A stretch of DNA of 64,000 nt from Minisyncoccota bacterium (lineage in GTDB: Bacteria > Patescibacteriota > JACMRA01): assembly GCA_014376695.1 (NCBI GenBank), contig JACMRA010000003.1, positions 7,881 through 71,880 on the forward strand. The letters run 5' to 3'. Shown one piece after another: positions 1 through 7,797 of this stretch (position 1 is the stretch's first letter; every line of letters begins with the position of its first letter). A program made the translations under genes and the position numbers. The notes under the pieces are model-generated. The model was not told where the DNA came from. It saw nothing but the letters and a program-made list of their open reading frames with translations, and did not search any database.

Positions 1-134
1 AGCAGATTATGGTCGAGTCCTTCAACGGTCAAGGTCCAGCTGTTGCCAAGCGAAATGCAGTCCACCAAACAGCCGCTGGTAACCGAGCCTTCACCCACCT
101 TGCCTACCGAGCCAAAAAGAAGGCTAGCGCGTAA
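1..134 (+). CDS. rpsG: 30S ribosomal protein S7, 3' end (gene starts before the window)
   Basis: Frame 3 reads QIMVESFNGQGPAVAKRNAVHQTAAGNRAFTHLAYRAKKKASA*, matching the S7 C-terminus (G.AVKK.E..H.MA.AN.AF.H). Confidence 0.85.
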   Translation, partial: QIMVESFNGQGPAVAKRNAVHQTAAGNRAFTHLAYRAKKKASA

Positions 135-159
135 GCCCTTAGTAAATCAAATCGTATTT

Positions 160-186
160 TACCTCCGTTCTGGAGGTATTTTTTTT
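160..186 (+). terminator. Intrinsic terminator after rpsG
   Basis: TACCTCC-gttct-GGAGGTA hairpin followed by a T run. Confidence 0.8.
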
Positions 187-234
187 AAGTGTTTCTTGGC
201 TAGAGTTTACTTTTAACCTATTAAAATCAAATAC

Positions 235-263
235 TTGACTAAGCAGTGTGTGTGTGTTAGCAT
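235..263 (+). promoter_or_regulatory. Sigma70-type promoter with (GT)6 in the spacer
   Basis: TTGACT (235-240), 17-bp spacer containing (GT)6, TAGCAT (258-263). Confidence 0.65.
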
Positions 264-339
264 TTGAGTAGATACAAGGCTATTAGTCGGTGCATCTTTT
301 TTACAGTTTTCAAAATACAATCAAATCCAGAGGTCTTTC

Positions 340-549
340 ATGAAACGTCGAGTACTTCTTCCTTTTGCCCTAATTACTAGTTTATTAATCAATTTACCTG
401 CCCAGGCAACAGTCGTTAAACTCGGTGGGCCATGCATTAAATTAGTAAAATTAAAAGGAGGCAAAGCCCGGCTAAGCCCCGGTACATTTCAAGAAATATT
501 TGTAAGAAATCCTGATGGCACAAGGTCGACAATGCTTTTTTGTAAATAA
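340..549 (+). CDS. Small secreted cationic peptide with two Cys (paralog 1)
   Basis: Sec-type signal peptide ending AQA; mature part KLGGPCIKLVK.KGGKARL...RN.DGT....L.C shared with 2020-2241; AGAGG upstream. Confidence 0.8.
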   Translation: MKRRVLLPFALITSLLINLPAQATVVKLGGPCIKLVKLKGGKARLSPGTFQEIFVRNPDGTRSTMLFCK

Positions 550-765
550 TAATAGCTTTTTGCCTTAATTGTTTTTGAAACCTGTATAATTTAGACCCAA
601 CTTAAATTACAAGTATCAAAATTCTACGGAACCTCTGTAGAAAAACAACCCCCCAAGCAATTGGGGTGGTTTTATGGGCAGTAATACTTTAAAGTTTGAC
701 AACTTACAGAAATAGTACTATTTTTAACAAGTTAACTTAACAAAAACTATATAAATATTGTAAGT

Positions 766-1914
766 ATGCAAAAACTCATCTCCCGCTATCTTAAGCCCCA
801 AATCCTCGAAGTCTTACATCAAGGAAAAGTAATAGTCCTATACGGTGCAAGGCGAACTGGTAAAACTACCCTAGTCAAAGACATTTTAGTTGATTATGCT
901 GAAACTGGTCGGTACCTAAACTGCGATTTATTGAGTGATAGAAATATGCTCCAAACTACTGATCACCGTGAGTTATTTAGTTATCTTGGAGGGTACAAAT
1001 TGGTAGTTATCGACGAAGCTCAAAGCATCCCTAATATTGGATTAGTACTAAAAATTCTCGTAGATACCTTCCCCGAAATACAAGTTATCGCCATCGGTAG
1101 CTCTAGTTTTGATTTGGCTAATAAGATTGGTGAACCTCTTACAGGTCGCTCACGACAATTTATGATGTTTCCGCTCTCTCTCGGTGAAATTGGTGAAAGT
1201 GGTTATGACCGGTTAAGTATAGAATCTGGGCTTGGTAATTTACTTAGATTCGGTAGTATGCCATCAGTTTTTGACAGACCCGAAAGTCAGGCCATCCCCG
1301 AAATCCAAGAAATCGCAACTAACTATCTTTATCGAGATGTTCTAATGCATGAAAAACTCAAAAAATCTGAATTGCTCGATAATTTGCTAGAAGTTCTAGC
1401 ATTGCAATTAGGCAGTGAAGTCTCATACAATGAATTAGCTCAAACACTCAATACCTCACCACAAACCATCCAAAAATATATTGAACTATTAGAAAAATCC
1501 TTTGTCGTTTTTCGCATAAAATCTCTGTGTCGCAACCCTCGAAAAGAACTCGAAATCAAAAATAGTCGCAAGGTATATTTCTACGATCTAGGTGTCCGTA
1601 ACAGCATTGTCAGAAATTTTAATCCAATTAATCTTAGAACAGATATAGGAGCTCTATGGGAAAACTTTTGCATACTCGAATTAATGAAAAAACTAAACAG
1701 AGATCAAATATTTTATAATCAATATTTTTGGAGGACAAAAGGCGCGATGAAAGAAATTGATCTAGTTATAGATTACGGGGGGCAGTTAAAAGCATACGAA
1801 TTCAAATGGAATCAAAAGAAAATTCCCAAATTCCCAACCCAATTTCAATCATTTTATACCGGTGCAACTTTTACGGTTGTTAATTCTCAGAACTTTTGGA
1901 ATGAACTGGTTTAA
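766..1914 (+). CDS. AAA+ ATPase, AAA_14/DUF4143 family
   Basis: Walker A GARRTGKT, Walker B VVIDEAQ, GSSS, KVYFYDLGVRN, GALWENF, FWRT..EIDLV..YEFKW. Confidence 0.9.
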   Translation: MQKLISRYLKPQILEVLHQGKVIVLYGARRTGKTTLVKDILVDYAETGRYLNCDLLSDRNMLQTTDHRELFSYLGGYKLVVIDEAQSIPNIGLVLKILVDTFPEIQVIAIGSSSFDLANKIGEPLTGRSRQFMMFPLSLGEIGESGYDRLSIESGLGNLLRFGSMPSVFDRPESQAIPEIQEIATNYLYRDVLMHEKLKKSELLDNLLEVLALQLGSEVSYNELAQTLNTSPQTIQKYIELLEKSFVVFRIKSLCRNPRKELEIKNSRKVYFYDLGVRNSIVRNFNPINLRTDIGALWENFCILELMKKLNRDQIFYNQYFWRTKGAMKEIDLVIDYGGQLKAYEFKWNQKKIPKFPTQFQSFYTGATFTVVNSQNFWNELV

Positions 1915-1919
1915 AATTG

Positions 1920-2346
1920 ACTTGACTAAGTAGTGTGTGTGTTAGCATTTGAGTAGATACGACGATCAGTTTTTTCTACTTTATATTCGGTTTCAAATAT
2001 TCAATCAGGAGTTTTTCTCATGAAACGTTCAATTCTTGCTCTAGGTGTCAGTTTCGCTTTCAGCCTTTCTATAGCTTTCCCACTGTCTGTTCAAGCAGCA
2101 GCTGCTCCTAAACTTGGGGCTCCATGTATTAAATTAGTAAAAAAGAAGGGTGGAAAAGCCCGGCTGGGGGCTGGTTTCTTTCAAGATAAAATAATCAGAA
2201 ACAAGGACGGGACTATGGCCACAAAACTGTGGTGTCGGTAATTTTTGAAACCTGTAATTTAGATCATCTCTAAACCAAGTATCAAAGTTCTATAGAACTT
2301 CTGTAGAATAACAATAAGCCCCGCTAGAAACAATTGGGGTGATTTT
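1920..2346 (+). repeat. Copy 2 of the diverged direct repeat
   Basis: Same blocks as 233-672; promoter tract is (GT)5. Confidence 0.85.
2020..2241 (+). CDS. Small secreted cationic peptide with two Cys (paralog 2)
   Basis: Signal peptide ending VQA; clear paralog of 340-549; AGGAG upstream. Confidence 0.8.
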   Translation: MKRSILALGVSFAFSLSIAFPLSVQAAAAPKLGAPCIKLVKKKGGKARLGAGFFQDKIIRNKDGTMATKLWCR

Positions 2347-2808
2347 ATCCCTGGGTGATAGTTGGTGAAATAAATTCAATGAAGTTCTCGCGATTAATTA
2401 GCTCAAGTGTACTCCCTGGATATTGAGTTGTAAATTGGTAGGAACCTTTGGTCATTTTTGACTTGTTGTATTTGAACTCATAGCCGTGCAAGACTCCGTC
2501 AACGTCCTCTACAAAGTCAATCTCATTCTGATTAGATGTTCGCCAAAAATAATACTTGCCGTATTTTTGATTGTTATAATTATATTTGAATCTCTCGCTC
2601 ACACAAAAATTTTCCCAAAGAGCCCCAATATCACCGCGTAGGTTCAATTGATTAAATCTCTCCAAAAAACTGTTACGAATACCCAAATCCCAAAAATAAA
2701 TCTTAAATGATCTCGTTAATTCATTATTGCCATCGCGAGTGTAGTTTTAGCAATCTTATGGTTGTCCAATGTCTCTATAACCTGACCTTCTATTGTTCGT
2801 TGATACAT
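2345..2808 (-). pseudogene. DUF4143 AAA ATPase pseudogene with a large internal deletion
   Basis: Start MYQRTIEGQVIETLDNHKI (ATG 2808) is joined out of frame to the C-terminal part NYTRDGNNELTRSFKIYFWDLGIRN...GALWENF...FWRT..EIDFV..YEFK; ATPase core missing. Confidence 0.75.
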
Positions 2809-2904
2809 ATATTTATAATTTTTTATGTAGTCTAATACCTAAATGTATAGTTTTTTCGGTAGTTTGCTAAGTCAGAATAAAAAAATATTAAGTTGGCCGG
2901 GCAT

Positions 2905-3282
2905 CTAAATCATAGATACAAAATCTAAGCTATTAGTCATATAATTAACCACTAAATTTGACTTATTGCTCCTGCAGATTTTTTCGAGAAAGGCCGTACC
3001 AAGAATACAGTCAATTTCCTGCGGTAGGATTACTGTTACCACGTTATAAGACGCAGCGATCTCCGGTAACTCGAATATAACATTAGCCAGCCGGGTCAAA
3101 ATAGCTTTGCCATCACCAAGAATGGTATTACTAGCTTTGCCTGGGATTGGAATAAGTTTTAGACTTTGGGCAACTTTGGCATTAATTAGTAAGTCCCCGT
3201 CAAAACCCGTATCGACCACACACCTGAGGTAGCGACTATTGGAATCGGATTGAAGAAGGCAATCTAAATACAGGTATTTCAT
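2905..3282 (-). CDS. Retropepsin-like (clan AA) aspartic protease
   Basis: VDTGFDG catalytic motif and downstream ILGTAFL; alternative start at 3315. Confidence 0.75.
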   Translation of the reverse strand: MKYLYLDCLLQSDSNSRYLRCVVDTGFDGDLLINAKVAQSLKLIPIPGKASNTILGDGKAILTRLANVIFELPEIAASYNVVTVILPQEIDCILGTAFLEKICRSNKSNLVVNYMTNSLDFVSMI

Positions 3283-3541
3283 CGTTTTTTGCGGTGAGGA
3301 TAGGGTTGTAGTCATACAGGTCGTTGGAGGTTTTTATATTAATAATTGGGAGGGAGGATTCGACGGTAATTTGTTTTTTGGGGATTTGTTTGGCTTGAGA
3401 TTCTAGTATTTGAGTTGCAAAGTCGCGAAATAGCTTGGCTAGGGTCGTTTGTTTGGTGTGAGCCAGTTGCTTAAGATTACTATAGAGGGACTTATCTAAC
3501 TGGATATTAAGCGTGGCTAAATCTTTGGTTGTAGTAGTCAT
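3236..3541 (-). CDS. Small ribbon-helix-helix/CopG-like DNA-binding protein
   Basis: N-terminal LNIQLDKSLYSNLKQLAHTKQTTLAKLFRD fits the RHH pattern; TTGACA-17-TACAAT promoter ends 8 nt before the ATG. Confidence 0.6.
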   Translation of the reverse strand: MTTTTKDLATLNIQLDKSLYSNLKQLAHTKQTTLAKLFRDFATQILESQAKQIPKKQITVESSLPIINIKTSNDLYDYNPILTAKNDEIPVFRLPSSIRFQ

Positions 3542-3648
3542 ATATAATTATTGTAGTAGTATCATATACTATTGTCAAGAGGAAGTGAATAGAAAAAACA
3601 ACAAACCCCATTTGTCAACCAGGTGGGTAGTTTTATGCACGACTTTAA

Positions 3649-4491
3649 CTACTCTAATTCGCTCAAGGCTCTCTCCAATTGCTCGCTATCCAAAACTTTA
3701 CCGTGCCAATCCTCTTTGTTCTCTAAGAAACTCACCCCTTTGCCTTTTATTGTGTTGGCAATTATCATAGTCGGCTTTGAACCGTTATTACTAAGACTAA
3801 TTGCCAGCTCAAAGGCTTGATCGACCTGTTCAGAGTTATGCCCGTCCTGAATCTGAATTATCTCCCAACTCATTGACTCAACTCGCTTGGATAGCGTCTC
3901 AATATCCCAGCCAACCATCGTCTCTCCCCTTTGACCAAGTCGGTTGAGATCGATAATCCCGATTAAATTTGAGACATTTCTGTGAGATGCAAGTTGCATA
4001 GCCTCCCAATTACTCCCTTCTGCCATCTCGCTGTCTCCAAGTAGCACCCAAGTTTTTGCATTTAATTTATCAATTTGATTGGCAATGGCAATCCCAAGTC
4101 CGATCCCAAGACCTTGCCCAAGAGATCCAGTAGTTGCCAAAGTATAAGCAAACTTTGGGGTTGGGTGGCCTTCGATAGCTGATTTAAAAGTCCTAAAACC
4201 CATTAATTCTTCTTGAGACAATAATCCCAATTCATAAAACAAACCAAAGAAAAGTGGTGAGGCGTGTCCCTTGCTAAATAATAATTTATCATTAGTAGCC
4301 GCCTCAAAATCTTGCCAATTGCAGTTAAAGTAAGCTTGACCAGCTCCATCTTGGCCAAATAATAAGCCAACCATCAGCTCAACCGCCGACAGCGAACTTG
4401 TTGGATGCCCCGAACCGGCTTGAGTGGTCATTTTGAGAATGCTCTGGCGGACGGATGTTGATATTTTGGCCAAATCGGCAAAGTGATTCAT
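3649..4491 (-). CDS. Transketolase, N-terminal TPP-binding subunit
   Basis: GSGHPTSSLS, SKGHA, EGHP, TGSLGQG, GDSEMAEGSNWEA, TIKGKG; 280 aa; C-terminal subunit not in the window. Confidence 0.9.
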   Translation of the reverse strand: MNHFADLAKISTSVRQSILKMTTQAGSGHPTSSLSAVELMVGLLFGQDGAGQAYFNCNWQDFEAATNDKLLFSKGHASPLFFGLFYELGLLSQEELMGFRTFKSAIEGHPTPKFAYTLATTGSLGQGLGIGLGIAIANQIDKLNAKTWVLLGDSEMAEGSNWEAMQLASHRNVSNLIGIIDLNRLGQRGETMVGWDIETLSKRVESMSWEIIQIQDGHNSEQVDQAFELAISLSNNGSKPTMIIANTIKGKGVSFLENKEDWHGKVLDSEQLERALSELE

Positions 4492-4499
4492 AAAAATAC

Positions 4500-5510
4500 T
4501 TATTTAAATACTTTAGTGTGGAGATCTTTAATTTGAGTATCGGTTATATGGGTGTAGATTTGGGTAGTGGCGATGTTACTATGTCCTAATAAGGTTTGGA
4601 CAGATCTAATATCCCCGCCCTCAAAAAGTATTTTTGTCGCAAAGCTGTGTCTTAATGTGTGTGGCGTAATGTGCTTATCGATCCCTGCGTATAGCGCGTA
4701 CTTTCGGATTAGATTCTGGACTGATTTTGGATTTAGTGGCCTTGTATAATCGGTCTTGCGGGACAATTGGCGAAACTTTGTAATAGTTGTCGGATCGAGA
4801 TCGCCTTTTTCTGGAGTTAGATTTTGAGCGTCGATTTTGCGAAGGATAGAAGTTACGAACAAAAATTTATTATCGTCCTTGCCTCGAGCTAGTAAATACT
4901 CGTCAATTGCCGTTATTGCCATCGGGGCCAAAAAAGTTGTCCGCACCTTGCCCCCTTTCCCCCTGATCATTAATTGTCCGTCAATTGAGCCTTGAATCTG
5001 GGATTTAGTAAGCTCGAGTAATTCTGATAATCGAAGCCCAGAACCAAAAAGAGTCAAAATTATGGCTTTATCACGAAGCTTTTGTACCCTACTAATGCGT
5101 TTGGACTTGATATTGATAGCCGTACTGATAAGGTTCAAAATTTCAGGCTCGGATAAATAATCAATTTTGCGCTGACGAGATTTTGGCAACTCGATAACTT
5201 CTGGGGTAATTACAGCCCGGCCTTGCTTAATAAGATACCTAAGCAAAGTCCTAAGCACAACCACAAAATACGATTGGGCCTTGGGCGTCATTGGGGTGTG
5301 GCGACTAGATAGCCGCTCGCTCAAAACTTGTCGAAATTTCATTATGATGACCTTATCCAGCTTTTCAGCCTGGCTGACTCCCTGCGTTGCAAAAAATTTG
5401 GCACAGGTTGTCAGTGTTTGGCGGTAGTTGCGAACTGTATTGGGTGAATACTGCTTGACGACCTGGCAGTACAGTAAAAATTCGTCAATATCTTCTTGTA
5501 GTAGCGGCAT
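4500..5510 (-). CDS. XerC/XerD-family tyrosine recombinase
   Basis: YSPNTVRNY N-domain; SGLRLSEL, GKGGKVR, TPHTLRHSFAT, LLGHSNIATTQIYTH; likely start ATG 5510. Confidence 0.9.
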   Translation of the reverse strand: MPLLQEDIDEFLLYCQVVKQYSPNTVRNYRQTLTTCAKFFATQGVSQAEKLDKVIIMKFRQVLSERLSSRHTPMTPKAQSYFVVVLRTLLRYLIKQGRAVITPEVIELPKSRQRKIDYLSEPEILNLISTAINIKSKRISRVQKLRDKAIILTLFGSGLRLSELLELTKSQIQGSIDGQLMIRGKGGKVRTTFLAPMAITAIDEYLLARGKDDNKFLFVTSILRKIDAQNLTPEKGDLDPTTITKFRQLSRKTDYTRPLNPKSVQNLIRKYALYAGIDKHITPHTLRHSFATKILFEGGDIRSVQTLLGHSNIATTQIYTHITDTQIKDLHTKVFK

Positions 5511-5623
5511 ATAAACGATAGGGATTTTTTGGCTGATAAACTCTAATTCTATGCTAATGACCAAAATAGATTTTTTTGGCAAATCCAATGGTAACCTATC
5601 TCAAAGCCACTTGCTCACCAAGG

Positions 5624-6550
5624 CTACAAAGACGATTTAGAGTACTTCTCAACAGTGGCCAGCGTAGTTGCAAATAAATCAGTCTCATAGACAGTCTTGT
5701 AACCATTAATTACCGTCAAAAATCGCTCGAAGCCAAGTCCAGTGTCAATATTCTTACTTGGCATATCGCTCAGGTTAACCGGCTCTTTATCGCCGTCTTT
5801 TTCTCCGATGTACTGCATAAATACATTATTCCCAATTTCGATAATATTATCGTCAATCCATTGGACCCTCTCCTGAACAGATAGCTTTGGCAGAATCGAT
5901 GTTTCAAAATCTATTGGCTGATCAGGTAACAAATAATACATCTCTGAACAAGGTCCACACGGACCTTTGTAGGGCAGTCCCCACCAATTGTCTTTGCCAG
6001 ACATGGTTCTGATTCGACTAACTCTATTTTGGTTAGTTTTTAGGGTATCTTCGAGGCTTTGACTATAGTCTGGACCGACCAAGGCCTCCATTCCAAGTTT
6101 TGTGTATTCGGATTGCCAGTACGCAGCGGCCTCACTATCGACATCTACATCTCGCCCGTTACCCTGATAAACAGTTACAAAAAGACGATTTGAATCCAGT
6201 CCTAACCAATCTTTGGAAGTCAAAAATTCCATAGACCATTCAATAATCTCTTTTTTAAAATATGCCCCGATTGACCAATTGCCCAGCATTTCAAAAAACG
6301 TTAGATGCCTATTGTCCCCAACTTCCAATATATCATCCGTTCTAATGCATTTTTGACTGTTGGCTAGCATATTTCCAGCTGGGTGGGTTGCTAAGCCGGT
6401 TAAATAAGGTATAATTGGTTGCATTCCAGCCGTATTAAAAAGTACAGTAGGGTCCTCTTTTGGTACCAATGGGCTAGACGGTATAATGCTGTGGCCTTTG
6501 GACTTATGAAAATCAAGATAGAGCTTGCGAAGTTGATTAGCTGTAACCAT
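5624..6550 (-). CDS. alaS: Alanyl-tRNA synthetase, catalytic N-terminal domain only (about 308 aa)
   Basis: LFNTAGMQP, SQKCIRT, HLTFFEMLGNWS, GPCGPCSE, IDTGLGFER; stops (TAG) just after YETDLF; no tRNA-recognition or editing domain. Confidence 0.9.
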   Translation of the reverse strand: MVTANQLRKLYLDFHKSKGHSIIPSSPLVPKEDPTVLFNTAGMQPIIPYLTGLATHPAGNMLANSQKCIRTDDILEVGDNRHLTFFEMLGNWSIGAYFKKEIIEWSMEFLTSKDWLGLDSNRLFVTVYQGNGRDVDVDSEAAAYWQSEYTKLGMEALVGPDYSQSLEDTLKTNQNRVSRIRTMSGKDNWWGLPYKGPCGPCSEMYYLLPDQPIDFETSILPKLSVQERVQWIDDNIIEIGNNVFMQYIGEKDGDKEPVNLSDMPSKNIDTGLGFERFLTVINGYKTVYETDLFATTLATVEKYSKSSL

Positions 6551-6616
6551 ATAAACGATAAAGAATTTACTTTGAAACAAAAATATCTCCCGAGGGAAAT
6601 ATTGAAAGATTATATT

Positions 6617-6691
6617 TGGTGGGTGATGAGGGATTTGAACCCCCGACCTTCTCCGTGTAAAGGAGCTGCGCTACCACTGCGCCAATCACCC
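6617..6691 (-). tRNA. tRNA-Val(UAC)
   Basis: Cloverleaf GGGTGAT...ATCACCC-ACCA; anticodon loop TTTACAC. Confidence 0.95.
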
Positions 6692-6764
6692 AAGCTTTGA
6701 CGAGAAGACTAAATGGACTTGCTTATTTGATAAACAGATATTTAGCCTTTGTCAAGTATTTGCC

Positions 6765-6992
6765 CTACGCTTCAACCATTGGCGAAACCCGAAAATGAAT
6801 AGTCTTTGAGACTGGATTACATTCCTGAATCTCTACAACCTGTCCCAAAGTGTAAAGACTAGAATCATCGCAGGCAACTGCATATTTTTTCTTAACTTTG
6901 AACCTTTTTCCATATTTGGAATGTAATTTAGTTTTTTCTACTGTGACGATAATCGCCTTAGTCATTTTGTTTGATGTAACTTTACCTGTCAT
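6765..6992 (-). CDS. rpsQ: 30S ribosomal protein S17
   Basis: GKVTSNKMTKAIIVTVE..HSKYGK..KKY..V.IQECNPVSKT. Confidence 0.9.
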   Translation of the reverse strand: MTGKVTSNKMTKAIIVTVEKTKLHSKYGKRFKVKKKYAVACDDSSLYTLGQVVEIQECNPVSKTIHFRVSPMVEA

Positions 6993-7025
6993 ATTATTTT
7001 TATTATTCCTTAATCCTTATACAAC

Positions 7026-7709
7026 CTACGCGTTAAAAGCGTTGAATTTGTCTCCCTTGAAGAGCCATACCTTAATTCCCAGAATCCCAGCTTTTGTTTT
7101 GCAAGGTACTGCGGCGTAATCAATGTTGGCGTCGATTGTGTGTCGTGGGACGGAGCCGTACCCAAAATGTTCAGATCGAGCAATTTCTGCGCCGTTAAGT
7201 CGACCAGCGACCGTAATTTTACATCCCTGAATTCCTGAATATTTAACCTTTTCCAAGAAGCCTTTGGCCAGCTTTCGGTATGCAGCTCCTCGTTTGACTG
7301 CATCAGATAATTCTTCGGCAATAACGTTTGCAGATCGATATGGATCTCGGTATTCTGCAATGTCTAGCTTAAGATCTTCAGGAAGTTTAAACATTTTTAT
7401 TAATTTGGCTTTAAGGGCATTGATTGTCGCACCTGCTTTACCAATGACCAATCCTGGTCGGGTGACGAAGATCGAGATTTCTACTTTTCGGAAGTATCGT
7501 CGAACTACTACATTAACCAATCCACTCGATTGTAGCTCTTTTCGAAGGAAGATTTTGATCTCACGATCAGCCAATAAGTAGGTTGAGTAAGTTTTTCCCT
7601 TGGCGAACCACACAGAAGTCTGCAAAGCGGTAGCATCGGCTGATGTGTTAGTTACATTGCTGAGTTTTTTCTTGGCTCGAAATAGATTTACGTTTATTTT
7701 TTGACCCAT
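7026..7709 (-). CDS. rpsC: 30S ribosomal protein S3
   Basis: MGQKIN, RPGLVIGKAG KH motif, AGRLNGAEIARSE, GILGIKVW. Confidence 0.95.
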   Translation of the reverse strand: MGQKINVNLFRAKKKLSNVTNTSADATALQTSVWFAKGKTYSTYLLADREIKIFLRKELQSSGLVNVVVRRYFRKVEISIFVTRPGLVIGKAGATINALKAKLIKMFKLPEDLKLDIAEYRDPYRSANVIAEELSDAVKRGAAYRKLAKGFLEKVKYSGIQGCKITVAGRLNGAEIARSEHFGYGSVPRHTIDANIDYAAVPCKTKAGILGIKVWLFKGDKFNAFNA

Positions 7710-7797
7710 ATCTTTTTAATCTTAATTTATCTAAATAATTGATGCTCTTATATATCTTAAAGTAGATGAGTTTTGAAAATATGTCAAATTAGGGTTC

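Larger units (their letters stand above)
233..672 (+). repeat. Copy 1 of a diverged ~430-bp direct repeat (promoter, peptide gene, 3' hairpins)
   Basis: Shares acttgactaag.agtgtgtg..ttagcatttgagtagatac, the peptide ORF and tttttgaaacctgta...aagtatcaaa.ttcta..gaac.tctgtagaa...caattggggt with 1920-2346. Confidence 0.85.

Noticed and set aside
3649-4491. Transketolase half as another novel split gene
   Set aside because: Two-subunit transketolases are common; only the separation from its partner is notable, and that is covered under operon break-up
4500-6691. Tyrosine recombinase near tRNA-Val as a prophage or island integrase
   Set aside because: XerC/D-like sequence among housekeeping genes; no duplicated tRNA end and no phage genes seen
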